From an uncultured Chloroflexia bacterium (GTDB lineage Bacteria; Chloroflexota; Limnocylindria; Limnocylindrales; CSP1-4): 64,000 nt of DNA. Of the stretch, positions 1 to 10,916 are shown piece after piece. The DNA is taken from positions 256 to 64,255 of the forward strand of contig CAWDUR010000015.1 of NCBI GenBank assembly GCA_963805585.1, given 5' to 3'. Positions within the stretch are counted from its first letter, which is position 1. Every line of letters starts with the position of its first letter. The notes beneath the pieces were generated by a model. It was given only the letters and a program-made list of their open reading frames with translations. It was not told where the DNA came from and ran no database searches. Both the position numbers and the translations under genes were made by a program.

Positions 1-1316
1 GGGGCCGCCCTATGCGCCCCACGCGCACCGGGCAGGCACGCGACGCCGGGCATCGTCACGATCTACCAGGAGCTCAACCTCGTTCCCGAGCTCACCATCA
101 CGGAGAACATGTTCCTGGGGACCGAGCTGAGCGTGGGCCCGTTCCTCGACTGGCGCGCCATGCACGGACGGGCGCGCGAGCTGCTGGCGCGACTTCATCT
201 GGAGATCGACCCGCGCACGCGCCGTGAGTCGCCTGGGCGTCGGCCAGCAGCAGATGGTGGAGGTCGCCAAGGCCCTGCTCCACGAGGCGGACGTCATCAT
301 CATGGACGAGCCCACCGCCGTCGCTGAGCCTGCGCGAGATCGAGCGACCTCTTCCAGATCGTGCGCGAACTCAAGGCCCATGGCGTCTCCACCATCTTCA
401 TCAGCCACCACCTCGACGAGGCCTTCGCACTCTCCGACCGCATCACGGTGCTGCGCGACGGCCAGCCTCGTGGCCACGCGAGCCACCCGCGAGCTGACCA
501 GGACCGAGCTCATCGCGCTCATGGTCGGCCGCGAGCTGGCGGAGCACGCGCCCAAGAAGCCCGTGCCGCCTGGCGCGGAGATCCTGCGCGTGGAGGGCCT
601 GACGCGCCGCGGCGTCTTCGAGGACGTCAGCTTCACGGCGCGGGCCGGCGAGGTCGTCGGCCTCGCCGGGCTCGTCGGCGCCGGGCGGACGGAGGTCGTG
701 CGCGCCATCTTCGGGGCCGATCCGGTCGACGCCGGGCGCATCCTCATCGACGGCCAGCGAGGTCAGCATCCGCAACCCGCGCGACGCCATCGACCATGGC
801 ATCGCGCTGCTCACCGAGGACCGCAAGGGCCAGGGCCTCATCCTCATCTTCGACGTCCGCGAGAACATCTCGCTGCGCGGTCCTCGACCGCCTCAGCGCG
901 CGGCCAGTTCACGAACGAGGGCCGCGAGCGCGACCTGGCGTCGGCGTTCATCGACCGCCTGGCCATCAAGGCCTCCAGCCAGGAGCAGCTGGCCCTCAAC
1001 CTCTCGGGCGGCACCCAGCAGAAGGTCGTGCTCAGCAAGTGGCTGGCAGCCAAGGCCCGGGTCATCATCTTCGACGAGCCGACGCGCGGCATCGACGTCG
1101 GCGCCAAGGCGGAGATCTACCGCGATCATGAACGAGCTGGCGGCGCAGGGCGACACCATCCTCATGGTCAGCTCCGAGCTGCCGGAGATCCTGGCCATGA
1201 GCGATCGGGTCCTGGTGATGCAGGGCGGTCGGATCCGCGGCGAGCTGTCGCGGCCGAGGCCACGCAGGAGCGCATCATGGCCCTGGCCACGGAGTCCGGT
1301 CCAGGCAGCCGGATGA
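1..1316 (+). pseudogene. CUT2 (ribose/xylose-type) sugar ABC transporter ATP-binding protein with two NBDs; 5' end lies outside the window; heavily frame-disrupted as sequenced
   Basis: Conserved segments lie in alternating frames: [20 protein letters not shown]; [24 protein letters not shown] (signature + Walker B); [26 protein letters not shown]; [16 protein letters not shown] (second Walker A); [26 protein letters not shown]; [22 protein letters not shown]. Joining them needs about ten frame changes, for example extra bases near 321 and 347. TGA 1314-1316 overlaps the next ATG (ATGA). Confidence 0.8.
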
Positions 1317-2444
1317 CGGCCTCGGCGGCGACCACGACTCCGGCGGCGCCTCCGGTGCGCTGGCGGCACGGCGAGCGCTGGAGTCAGCCAGTGACCGAGT
1401 CGGGCACCACCGCCAGCCGTTCCGCTGGGCTCGTCAAGAGCATCGTCTCGGGAGCCGGTCCGGCGCTCGTGCTCATCGCCATGGCCGTCGCGCTCTGGAT
1501 CATGTCGCCGGCCTTCCGCTCGCCCACCAGCCTGCTGCTCATCGGGCTCGAGGCCTCGGCCCTCGGCCTGGTGGCGGCCGGCCAGACCTTCGTCATCCTG
1601 ACGGGTGGCATCGACCTCTCCGTGGAGGCCATGGTCTCGTTCTGCGGCGTCATCGCCGCCATCCTCATCGCCGGCACGAACGTCAGTGGCGGCCAGCTGG
1701 CGGGCGGCTTCCCGTCCTGGGTGGCCATCCCCATCGCGCTGGCGGCAGGCATGGCCATCGGCGCCGGGCCAGGGCGTCCTCATCACGGCCTTCCGCATGA
1801 ACCCGCTCATCGTCACGCTGGGGGTCAGGTCGGTGCTGCTTGGATTCGCGCTGGTGCTGTCGCGCGGATCAGGCATCTACATCAAGAAGGACGATCTGCT
1901 CGGCGCCCTGACCGGGTATGTCAGCGTCCTGGGCTTCAACATCCCGGTGCCGCTCATCCTGACCATCGTCATCTACACGATCTGCTGGATCGTCCTGAAG
2001 AACACCAAGTTCGGGCGCTACACATACGCCATCGGCGGCAACGAAACGGCCGCTCGCCTGTCCGGCGTACGCACGTCGCTGACGAAGGTCGCCATCTATG
2101 CCATCTCTGGCTTCCTGGCTGCCATGGCCGGCATCCTGGTCATGGGTCGTCTCGAGTCGGGCGCCTACCAGAACGGCACCAACCTGACGCTGATGTCCGT
2201 GGCCGCCGTGGTCATCGGCGGCACCTCCCTGACGGGCGGCGTGGGCGGCATCTGGGGCACGCTCATCGGCGTCTTCATGATCCGGCTCGTGGATGCCGGG
2301 CTCGTCTACATGTCGTTCCCATCGCAGGCCAAGGAGATCATGATCGGCACGATCATCGTCCTGGCCGTGCTTCTCGACACGGCGCGCCGCGGCCAGATCC
2401 CGTGGTTGACGCTGAGATTGAGGGGAGGTGATCCGGGAGGCTGA
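1313..2444 (+). pseudogene. CUT2 sugar ABC transporter permease (RbsC/AraH-like), one apparent frameshift near 1766
   Basis: [17 protein letters not shown] in one frame, then [39 protein letters not shown] in the next. Hydrophobic throughout. ATG 1313 overlaps the ATPase stop. Confidence 0.8.
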
Positions 2445-2530
2445 GCACAGGGAGGGTTGTGCCCATCGAGGCGCCCTCAAGAGGCGCTGGACGGGGCGAT
2501 CCAGCGAGTTCGATAGGAGGAGAGTCCAAC

Positions 2531-3586
2531 ATGCGAAACCCTGGTTCCCACTTCAAGGCCGCTGCGCTCCTGACCGCCCTGGCGATCGTGGGCAGCGGCG
2601 CGGCCGTGACGGCACAGGACGAGGAGAGCAAGACCATCGGCTTCGTGCCGCCGGCCCTCACGAGCCCGTTCCACGTGGCCATGGCAGATGGCGCCACCAA
2701 GCGTGGCGAGGAACTGGGCTGGACCGTCGATGTCCAGGCCCCCACGAGCGAGGGCGACTTCGCTGCCTTCGTCACGACCGTCGAGCAGCTCCTCGAGAAG
2801 GGCGTCGACGGCCTCAGCATCAACCCCATCGGCACCGACTCGGCCGTCACCGCGGTCAAGGCCGCCAACGCCAAGGGCGTGCCCATCATCGCGCACAACT
2901 TCATCACGCCGTTCTCCGAGGGCGACGTCCTTTCGTACATCGGCTACGACCAGTGGGGTGGTGCCGAGAAGCTGGCTGCCCACACCTGCGAGCTCCTTGC
3001 CGGCAAGTACGGCACGACCGCAGCCGAGACACCCGGCAAGGTCTACATCCTGCTGGGCATCGACTCGATCTTCTCGCATCGGCGCACTGGCGGCTTCAAG
3101 GCCGGCCTCGCGAAGAACTGCCCCAACGTTCAGGTGGTCGGCGAGCAGACGGCTAACTGGGTACGCCAGGACGGTCAGGCAGTGGCCTCGGTGGCCTGGC
3201 AGACCGACCCCGAGATCGATGTCTTCTATGGCAACAGCGACGAGATGGCCATCGGTGCCGCCCTGGCCGGCGAGCAGCTGGGCAAGAAGATCAACGAGGA
3301 CTTCTTCGCGGTCGGCATCGACGGCAACCCGCCCACGCTGGACCTGCTCGGAGAGGGCAAGTTCAGCGCCACGCTCGGCGTAGACCCGGCCAACATGGGC
3401 AAGACCACCATCGACACCCTCCAGAAGATCTTCGCCGGCGAAGAGGTGCCCCTGGTCACGCTCACCCCGTCGGTGGTCGTGACCCCGGAGAACCTGGAGG
3501 CCTACCTGGCCGGTGAGCTCTGGACGGAGCCCGTCGCGGGCGCGCCCGAGCTCGACAACGACATGCCCACGGTGCCGGAGGAGTAG
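2531..3586 (+). CDS. Sugar ABC transporter substrate-binding protein (periplasmic binding protein type I)
   Basis: Intact ORF. Signal-like N-terminus [32 protein letters not shown]1-like body ([24 protein letters not shown]..). Follows ATPase + permease. ATG 2531 preferred over the ORF-track start 2459. Confidence 0.8.
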   Translation: MRNPGSHFKAAALLTALAIVGSGAAVTAQDEESKTIGFVPPALTSPFHVAMADGATKRGEELGWTVDVQAPTSEGDFAAFVTTVEQLLEKGVDGLSINPIGTDSAVTAVKAANAKGVPIIAHNFITPFSEGDVLSYIGYDQWGGAEKLAAHTCELLAGKYGTTAAETPGKVYILLGIDSIFSHRRTGGFKAGLAKNCPNVQVVGEQTANWVRQDGQAVASVAWQTDPEIDVFYGNSDEMAIGAALAGEQLGKKINEDFFAVGIDGNPPTLDLLGEGKFSATLGVDPANMGKTTIDTLQKIFAGEEVPLVTLTPSVVVTPENLEAYLAGELWTEPVAGAPELDNDMPTVPEE

Positions 3587-3750
3587 GTTCATCCACCGAC
3601 CGCGTGGTCGATGGACTGCCCGGATCGGGCTGAAGGGCCCTGTCGAGGGTCGCCGCGTTCGGTGGAGCATCTGTCGCGCCACCGGTCCGTCGGCTCTCGA
3701 CAGGTCGAAGAGGCGGGGTCGTTCGACCCCAGCAAGGAGAGGAGAGGTAC

Positions 3751-4770
3751 ATGGTTACCACTCGTACGCATCGCTCCCTGGCGCTGCTGACGGCGCTGGC
3801 CCTGACGGCCTCGGCGGTCGCGGTGACGGGCGGGGCCGTGGCGGCCCAGGACGACGGCAAGTTCTGCAAGGGCACCAACATCGTCTTCTTCCCGGGTGGG
3901 ACCCAGGGCGGCCCGTTCGAGACCGTCGTGGCCAACGGCGCCAAGATGGCCGAGAAGGCCTTCGGCGCCACCGTCCAGTACGTCTGGTCCGACTGGGATC
4001 CGGCCAAGATGATCACCCAGTTCGGCGAGGCCGTGGCCACCAACCCGGATGGCATCGCCGTCATGGGTCATCCCGGTGACGAGGCCTTCAAGCCGCTCAT
4101 CGACGAGGCCGTCGCCAGCGGCATCGTCGTGACCGTCATGAACACCGAGCTGCCCGAGACCGAGGCGGCGCACGCCACCGAGGGCACCGGCTACGTCGGC
4201 GCCGTGCTCTACAAGGCCGGCGGCGACCTGGCCCGCGAGGCCATCAAGCGTGGCGGCCTGGTCGACGGCGACAAGGTCTTCCTGTGGGGCCTCGAGGCCC
4301 AGCCCGGCCGCGGCGAGCGGACCCTGGGCATCCATGACGCCCTCACCGAGGCCGGCATGGACGTCATCTACCTCGAGATCGACGACGCCACGAACGCCGA
4401 CCCGTCGGCCGGCATCTCTACCTTCACGGGCATGGCGTCCGCCAATCCCGACCTCAAGGCGGCCTTCTTCGATCACGGCAACGTGACGTCCACGGCGCAG
4501 GCGTACCTGGAAGCCGCGGGCATCGCGCCCGACGCGCTCTACGTGGCCGGCTTCGACCTGGCCCCGGCCACCATCGCCAGCCATCCAGAGCGGCTACGTG
4601 GACCTGGCCATCGACCAGCAGCAGTGGCTGCAGGGCTTCGAGGCCATCGCCCAGATCTGCCTGACCGACAAGTACGGCTTCAGCGGCCTGTTCATCGACA
4701 CTGGCGGCGGCTTCGTCGATGCCAGCAACATCGACATGGTCGCGCCGCTCGTCGAGCAGCAGATCCGCTA

Positions 4771-4771
<1 letters not shown>
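3751..4771 (+). pseudogene. Second sugar ABC substrate-binding protein, one apparent frameshift near 4583
   Basis: Signal-like MVTTRTHRSLALLTALALTASAVAVTGGAVAAQ and a PBP1-like body. The C-terminal part IQSGYVDLAIDQQQWLQGFEAIAQICLTDKYGF..VEQQIR* reads in another frame and ends at TAG 4769-4771, which overlaps GTG 4771. Confidence 0.75.
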
Positions 4772-5658
<887 letters not shown>

Positions 5659-6669
5659 ATGAGCAGCGCACAGACAGTGCCCGCCAGGATCGCGCCGAAG
5701 CACAGCGCGGTGGGCTCGTTCGCCCGGCGTTGGGCCTCGCAGATCGGCATCACCGTCGCATTCGTGCTGCTCTGGCTGACCTTCTTCGTCCTGGCGCCGT
5801 CGACGTTCGGTTCCGAGCGCATCTATCTCTCGTACGCACAGACCGTTCCCTACTTCGCCATCGTGGCCATGGCCCTCACGATGGTCATCGTTGCCGGCGA
5901 CATCGACCTCTCCTTCCCCTCGGTCATGGCCCTCGGCATGGTCGGCTTCGTGTGGACCTGGGAGGCCACGGACAACGTGGCCCTGGGCATCCTCGTGTCC
6001 CTCGGCGTGGGCGCTGGTGCCGGGCTCTTCAACGGGCTCATCGTCACCATCGTCGGCCTGCCGGCGCTGGTGGTGACCATCGGCACGCAGTTCCTCTTCC
6101 GTGGCCTCGTGCTCGTGCTCGTGGGCGGCAAGGCCAGTGCGCTGGCCGACACGCGGGGCGACCTGGCCCGCGATGTCCTCGTCGGCAAGCCGTTCCTGGG
6201 CATCCCCATGGAGTTCTGGTGGCTCCTGCTCGTCACGGTCGTGGCCTGGCTGCTGCTCAACCGTCACCGCCTCGGACAGAACACCTACGTCGTCGGCGAC
6301 AACAAGCAGGCCGCTGCGCTGATGGGCATCCCCATCAATCGGACCAGGATCATGCTCTTCGTGCTCACGGGCCTGACTGCCGCCCTGGCCGGCATGCTCA
6401 ACAGCCTCCAGATCGTGAACTTCTACCCCGGCATGGGTGACGGCTACCTGCTGCCGACCCTGGCTGCCGTCTTCGTCGGCGGCACCTCCGTCTTCGGCGG
6501 ACGAGGCAGCATCTACGGCACCTTCATCGGTGCCTTCATGATCGGGGGCATCCAGGCAGGCATCGTGGCCGCAGGCCTCACGAACTACCTGGAGCTGTTC
6601 ATCTACGGGGCGGTCATCCTCATCGCTGTCTCGATCCACGCGATCCTGCAGCGACGCTTCGAGCGCTAG
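5659..6669 (+). CDS. Sugar ABC transporter permease (CUT2-type)
   Basis: Intact hydrophobic ORF segment: MVIVAGDIDLSFPSVMAL..YVVGDNKQAAALMGI..FVGGTSVFGGRGS. Ends at 6669. Confidence 0.8.
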   Translation: MSSAQTVPARIAPKHSAVGSFARRWASQIGITVAFVLLWLTFFVLAPSTFGSERIYLSYAQTVPYFAIVAMALTMVIVAGDIDLSFPSVMALGMVGFVWTWEATDNVALGILVSLGVGAGAGLFNGLIVTIVGLPALVVTIGTQFLFRGLVLVLVGGKASALADTRGDLARDVLVGKPFLGIPMEFWWLLLVTVVAWLLLNRHRLGQNTYVVGDNKQAAALMGIPINRTRIMLFVLTGLTAALAGMLNSLQIVNFYPGMGDGYLLPTLAAVFVGGTSVFGGRGSIYGTFIGAFMIGGIQAGIVAAGLTNYLELFIYGAVILIAVSIHAILQRRFER

Positions 6670-6671
6670 CC

Positions 6672-6998
6672 ATGACCGATGGCGAAGCGCTGGGTCCCGA
6701 CCTCATGGTGCTGGCCGCCGACCTGGCGGCGGAGCTCGATGATGCCAGCGGCGACGGGCACGAGGGTGTGGTCACGTACCGGCGGGGCGACACCGTCTTT
6801 GCGCGCGCTTCGGCCGACTCTCTGGAGGTGCGGCTGCCGGCGGACATCGCCGATGCCGCCCTGCGCACACCGGACACCGCGGCGCTCCCCGATGGCGCCG
6901 GCTGGCTGCGCTTCGCGCCGGTCGGGCGGGAGCGCCACGTCGTGGACCGAGCCACGGCCTGGTTCCAGATAGCCTGGCGGCACGCCGCCGGGACGTAA
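6672..6998 (+). CDS. Hypothetical protein (108 aa)
   Basis: Clean ORF starting 3 nt after the permease stop. Protein-like composition. No family recognised with confidence. Confidence 0.5.
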   Translation: MTDGEALGPDLMVLAADLAAELDDASGDGHEGVVTYRRGDTVFARASADSLEVRLPADIADAALRTPDTAALPDGAGWLRFAPVGRERHVVDRATAWFQIAWRHAAGT

Positions 6999-7042
6999 GG
7001 CGGCCACCGATCGCCGCCGCAGCCTGTGCGGGCAGAAGCAAA

Positions 7043-7074
7043 GACGAGACCCCGGACTGACCCGGGATCTCGTC
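7043..7074. terminator. GC-rich hairpin between convergent genes (candidate bidirectional terminator)
   Basis: GACGAGA-C-CCCGG / loop ACTGAC / CCGGG-A-TCTCGTC gives 12 bp with one C.A mismatch. No clear U-tract. Confidence 0.4.
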
Positions 7075-7135
7075 ATCTCAGGGTGTGCCGCGCCGCCGCC
7101 GGCGCCGTGAGGCACCGCGCGGGCGCGGCCGCGGG

Positions 7136-7495
7136 TCAGGCGACGCTGCTAGCCTCCGCGCCCGGGGCAGCCGCCAGCTCGTTCAGGCCGAACTTCTTCT
7201 CCAGCGACTCCATGGGCTGGAAGCCGACCACGCCGCGCGGCTGGTCGCCGGGCTTGAAGAAGGCGATGGTCGGGATGCTCATGATCTGGTAGGCCTGCGA
7301 GAGACCGGGGTTCTTATCCACGTCCACCTTGACGACGTCGACGACACCCTCGTACTTCGTGGAGAGTTTCTCCATCTCCGGCGCGACGAGCTTGCAGGGG
7401 CCGCACCAGACGGCCCAGAAGTCGACGACCACGGGCTTGTCGTTCTTCAGCACCAACTCCTCGAAGGTGGCGTCGGTGGCTTCCTTGATGGCCAT
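7136..7495 (-). CDS. trxA: Thioredoxin
   Basis: 119 aa with VVDFWAVWCGPCK (WCGPC active site) and a typical Trx length. Confidence 0.9.
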   Translation of the reverse strand: MAIKEATDATFEELVLKNDKPVVVDFWAVWCGPCKLVAPEMEKLSTKYEGVVDVVKVDVDKNPGLSQAYQIMSIPTIAFFKPGDQPRGVVGFQPMESLEKKFGLNELAAAPGAEASSVA

Positions 7496-7563
7496 GTTCC
7501 TGGCTTGTCCTTTCTCCGCTCGAGGCGGTCACCCATCCGCCTCAGGGCGGGGTATCCAAAACG

Positions 7564-7902
7564 CTAACTTGCGACGGACTTGATCAACCGATAGGCCTCC
7601 AGGATCCGGGGATCCGTGAGGCGGTAGTAGACGGTGCTGCCCTCCCGGCGTGAGTCCACCAGGCCTGCCGACCGCAGGACGGCGAGGTGCTGGCTCATGT
7701 TGGGGACCTGGCAGCTGGCCTCGCGGGAGAGGTCGCTCACCGAGCGTTCACCTTGCGAGAGCAACTCCAGCACGCACAGCCGCTTGGCGTCGGCCAAGGC
7801 ACGGCTGATGGCCGCGTATCGCTGGCGCTCCGGTTCTGTCGTCACGGCCGACCCATCCTCGCGGCCCGTGTCGGCGTGCACTGCTGTCGTCATGACAGCC
7901 AT
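7564..7902 (-). CDS. ArsR/SmtB-family transcriptional regulator
   Basis: LADAKRLCVLELLSQGERSVSDLSREASCQVPNMSQHLAVLRSAGLV..REGSTVYYRL (wHTH). ATG 7902 (MAVMTT) preferred over the ORF-track start 7980, which runs through a non-coding repeat. Confidence 0.8.
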   Translation of the reverse strand: MAVMTTAVHADTGREDGSAVTTEPERQRYAAISRALADAKRLCVLELLSQGERSVSDLSREASCQVPNMSQHLAVLRSAGLVDSRREGSTVYYRLTDPRILEAYRLIKSVAS

Positions 7903-7935
7903 GTTCTCATCATTTGCGCAAGTACGCAAGTATCT

Positions 7936-7980
7936 TCTGGACGGGCTCCCTGCACACATCTGGACGGGCTCCCTGCACAC
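7936..7980. repeat. Perfect 22-bp tandem direct repeat (period 23) upstream of arsR
   Basis: TCTGGACGGGCTCCCTGCACAC occurs at 7936-7957 and again at 7959-7980, 34-78 nt upstream of the arsR ATG. Adjacent are the TTGCGCAA palindrome and a TACTTGCG x2 repeat at about 7912-7932. Confidence 0.85.
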
Positions 7981-8013
7981 GAAGGTCCACGATCCAGGGG
8001 GCAGGGATGGGCT

Positions 8014-8439
8014 TCAGTCGTAGCCGAGCTCGTGAAGCCGCTCGTCGCTGATCCCGGCGTGGTGGGCGAGCTCGTGGACGACGGTGCGTCGGACCTCGTC
8101 CTGCAGCTCGACCGGATCGGGGAAATCGGTCTCCAGCGGGATGCGGAACAGGCTGATCTTGTTGGGGAACGCGACGAAGTCAGCGCCCCACTCGGTGGCC
8201 GGGACGCCCTCGTAGAGACCGTAGAGCCAGCCGTCATCCTGAGCCCCACCGAGCTCGGACTGATCCGCATCCGGCACGTCCTCGATGACGATGGCGACGT
8301 CCTCGAGAAGGCGGCGAAACTCCGGAGGCAGGTCCTCCAGGGCCTCCTCAACGAGGATCTCGAAGGGCACATGGCGAGGTTCAGGCACGCGAACACGCCG
8401 CTCCGGGTGGCGGCGGGCCAGGTCTCCACGGCGTCGCAT
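8014..8439 (-). CDS. Small Zn-metallopeptidase-like protein (DUF1025/MtfA-like minimal HExxH protein)
   Basis: VVHELAHHAG (HExxH) near the C-terminus; acidic 142-aa protein. ATG 8439 (MRRRGDL) chosen. Confidence 0.6.
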   Translation of the reverse strand: MRRRGDLARRHPERRVRVPEPRHVPFEILVEEALEDLPPEFRRLLEDVAIVIEDVPDADQSELGGAQDDGWLYGLYEGVPATEWGADFVAFPNKISLFRIPLETDFPDPVELQDEVRRTVVHELAHHAGISDERLHELGYD

Positions 8440-8539
8440 GGGCACCTCCTGAGCATCGCACGAGCGGGCTGCACGTGGTGGCCGTGCCCACGGCCCATGC
8501 TGTCCACCCTCGTATCCTTGGCCCGATGGGACTCGAGCC

Positions 8540-9481
8540 TTGAGCGATGTGACGTTCGCACCGCACGGATCTGGCGCGCCCGGATCGATGATCGTGACCC
8601 TCCAGTCGGGCGAACGCATCCACTACCTGGACTGGTCTGCGAGGCGATCGGGCTCGGCGGATCCGGGAGGCCGGCCGATCGTGCTCGTCCATGAGCTGAC
8701 TCGCACGGCCTGGAGCTGGTTGCCGGTGGTTCGCCACCTTCCGGCCCGCCATCCGGTCGTCGCGCCCGACCTGCGCGGGCACGGCGCATCCGACGCGCCG
8801 CTGACGGGCTACGAGCTGGATTCGCTGGCTCTCGACGTGCTCACGGTCATGGCCGGCCAGGGCTGGGGCGAGTCGGTGGCGGGCCGGTCGGCCGTCGTCG
8901 CCGGCCATGGCCTGGGGGCCATGGTGGCCGTCGAGATGGCCCGCCTGCAACCTGGGTCGGTGGCTGGCCTGGTCCTCGTCGACGGTGGCTGGGAGACCAT
9001 GCTGGACGCGACCCGGATGCTCCCCATGCAGCTCGTCGAGGCCATGGCCGAGCCGCCGGAGGTGCTGGCCTCGATGGAGGCCTGGCTGGCCGACCGCCGC
9101 GCCTTCGACGCCGAGTCTTGGGACACCGACCAGGAGACCGCGGCGCGGTCGCAGGTCGTCGAGACGCACAACGGGCGCGTGGCGCAGGTGACGAAGGGCT
9201 CCGTCACCAGGCGAATGGTTGAGGCCATGTACGCCTATCGGCCGCTGGCGTCGCTGGCCGAGGTGCGTTGCGCGGTCAGCCTGCTGGTCGCGGATGCCGT
9301 GACCGCTGACGACGACGACCAACGCGAGCGACTGCTGGCCCTGGACGACGCGCAGCGGGCACGGGCGGCGGCGGGCCTGCCTCCCGCCCGCGTGCGACGC
9401 TTCCCGGGCGCCGGGCACGACCTCATGCGCCACCGACCAGCGGCCCTCGCCGAGGCCCTTGTCGAGCTGGCTGACGTCTGA
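8540..9481 (+). CDS. Alpha/beta-fold hydrolase family protein (nucleophile position reads Gly)
   Basis: IVLVHELTRTAWSWLPVV..APDLRGHGASD..VVAGHGLGAMVAVEMA. The nucleophile elbow reads G-H-G-L-G instead of G-x-S-x-G. Confidence 0.7.
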   Translation: MSDVTFAPHGSGAPGSMIVTLQSGERIHYLDWSARRSGSADPGGRPIVLVHELTRTAWSWLPVVRHLPARHPVVAPDLRGHGASDAPLTGYELDSLALDVLTVMAGQGWGESVAGRSAVVAGHGLGAMVAVEMARLQPGSVAGLVLVDGGWETMLDATRMLPMQLVEAMAEPPEVLASMEAWLADRRAFDAESWDTDQETAARSQVVETHNGRVAQVTKGSVTRRMVEAMYAYRPLASLAEVRCAVSLLVADAVTADDDDQRERLLALDDAQRARAAAGLPPARVRRFPGAGHDLMRHRPAALAEALVELADV

Positions 9482-9519
9482 GACGGGACGCGAGCCCCGC
9501 GGAGTACCATGTCGCCATC

Positions 9520-9723
9520 GTGGGACCGGAACTCGTCATCCTTCTGATCGTGCTGGTCGTGGTCGTGTTCTGGCGTGGACCATCGACGCTTCCCAAGCTG
9601 GGTGAGGCCCTGGGCAAGGCCGTCAAGGGCGCGCGGGACAACATGCCCGGCTCAGACGACGATAAGCCCGAGTCGGACTCGCCGGTCGATCCCACGGACG
9701 CCGGCCCGCGTGCCAGTCCCTGA
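9520..9723 (+). CDS. tatA: Twin-arginine translocase subunit TatA/E
   Basis: 67 aa: one N-terminal TM helix ([13 protein letters not shown]), then an amphipathic [20 protein letters not shown] and an acidic tail. GTG start. Confidence 0.8.
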   Translation: MGPELVILLIVLVVVVFWRGPSTLPKLGEALGKAVKGARDNMPGSDDDKPESDSPVDPTDAGPRASP

Positions 9724-9799
9724 CAGGTCCGCCGCGAGTCACCGGGCGCGTCAGATCACGCGCACGAAGGGTGCCGCGGAGGGCCCGTTGAACGATCCG

Positions 9800-10483
9800 A
9801 TGGACCGAGCCTCGGCGGTTAGAGGCCGGGCGCCCTCGACCGATCCGGCGGACCCTGCCGACCCCGCGGCGCCCAACGACCGCGCGGACCCTGCCGACCC
9901 CGCGGCGCCTGGCGACCAGGCCATCGAGTCGGCCGTCAGCACCATCCTGTCAGCCGTCGGGGAAGATGCCTCCCGCGAAGGCCTCGTGGACACACCGGCC
10001 CGCGTTCGGCGCATGTATGCAGAGCTCACGGCGGGCTACACCACGGACCCCGACGAAGTGCTCAACGACGCCATCTTCGATGTGGACTACAGCGAGATGG
10101 TGCTCGTCAAGGACATCCCCTTCCACTCACTGTGCGAACACCACCTGCTGCCCTTCGCCGGCTCGGTGGCCGTGGCCTACATCCCTGACGGCCGCGTCAT
10201 CGGCCTCTCCAAGATCCCGCGCGTCGTGGACATGTACGCGCGCCGGCTGCAGGTCCAGGAGCGTCTCACCCAGCAGATCGCCGACTTCCTCATGGAGCGC
10301 CTGGCGCCCAAAGGCGTGGGCGTCGTCGTCGAGGCCACGCACCTGTGCGCCAGCATGCGTGGCATCCGCAAGCCCGGCATGGTGATGACCACATCCGCCG
10401 TGCTGGGCATCTTCCGCCGCAGTGACAAGACGCGGGCGGAGTTCTTCAGCCACCTGCAGCGCCCCTCGTCCGGCGCACCGTAG
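9800..10483 (+). CDS. folE: GTP cyclohydrolase I
   Basis: [67 protein letters not shown] 9800 chosen. The N-terminal extension contains a 12-codon duplication. Confidence 0.9.
   Translation: MDRASAVRGRAPSTDPADPADPAAPNDRADPADPAAPGDQAIESAVSTILSAVGEDASREGLVDTPARVRRMYAELTAGYTTDPDEVLNDAIFDVDYSEMVLVKDIPFHSLCEHHLLPFAGSVAVAYIPDGRVIGLSKIPRVVDMYARRLQVQERLTQQIADFLMERLAPKGVGVVVEATHLCASMRGIRKPGMVMTTSAVLGIFRRSDKTRAEFFSHLQRPSSGAP
9848..9909 (+). repeat. In-frame 36-nt-period direct repeat (26-nt identical core x2) in the folE N-terminal extension
   Basis: GCGGACCCTGCCGACCCCGCGGCGCC occurs at 9848-9873 and 9884-9909, encoding ADPADPAAP(N/G)D. Confidence 0.8.
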
Positions 10484-10497
10484 GCGTCGGCCCTCGC

Positions 10498-10503
10498 TAC
10501 CAT
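10498..10503 (+). promoter_or_regulatory. Candidate -10 hexamer TACCAT, 6 nt upstream of ATG 10510 (leaderless-type)
   Basis: Matches TANNNT. The spacing would place the TSS at or next to the start codon. Confidence 0.3.
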
Positions 10504-10509
10504 CCCCGC

Positions 10510-10916
10510 ATGACCGACCGACCGCTCAAGGTGCTCATCGCCAAGCCCGGCCTGGACGGCCACGACCGTGGTGCCAAGGTGCTGGCACGTGGTCTCCGGG
10601 ATGAGGGTTTCGAGGTCGTCTATACAGGCCTGCGGCAGACGCCGGAGATGGTGGCCACGGCAGCCTTGCAGGAGGACGTGGACGTCGTCGGGCTCTCCAT
10701 CCTCTCCGGAGCCCACCTGACGCTTCTGCCCCGCATCTGCCAGCTCCTGCGCGAACAGGGCATGGCCGATGTGCTGGTGACAGCAGGCGGCATCATCCCC
10801 GAGGAGGACATCCCGGCGCTCAAGGATCCGGGGTGGCGGCCGTCTTCGGACCTGGAACGAGCATCGGCGAGGTGGCTGCCTTCATGCGGGAGCACGCGCC
10901 GCAGCGTCCGGAGTGA
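10510..10916 (+). pseudogene. Cobalamin-binding domain protein (methylmalonyl-CoA-mutase-type small/B12 subunit), one apparent 1-nt deletion near 10828
   Basis: [35 protein letters not shown] (DxHxxG B12 motif). The C-terminus [28 protein letters not shown] reads in another frame. TGA 10914-10916 overlaps GTG 10913. Confidence 0.8.
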
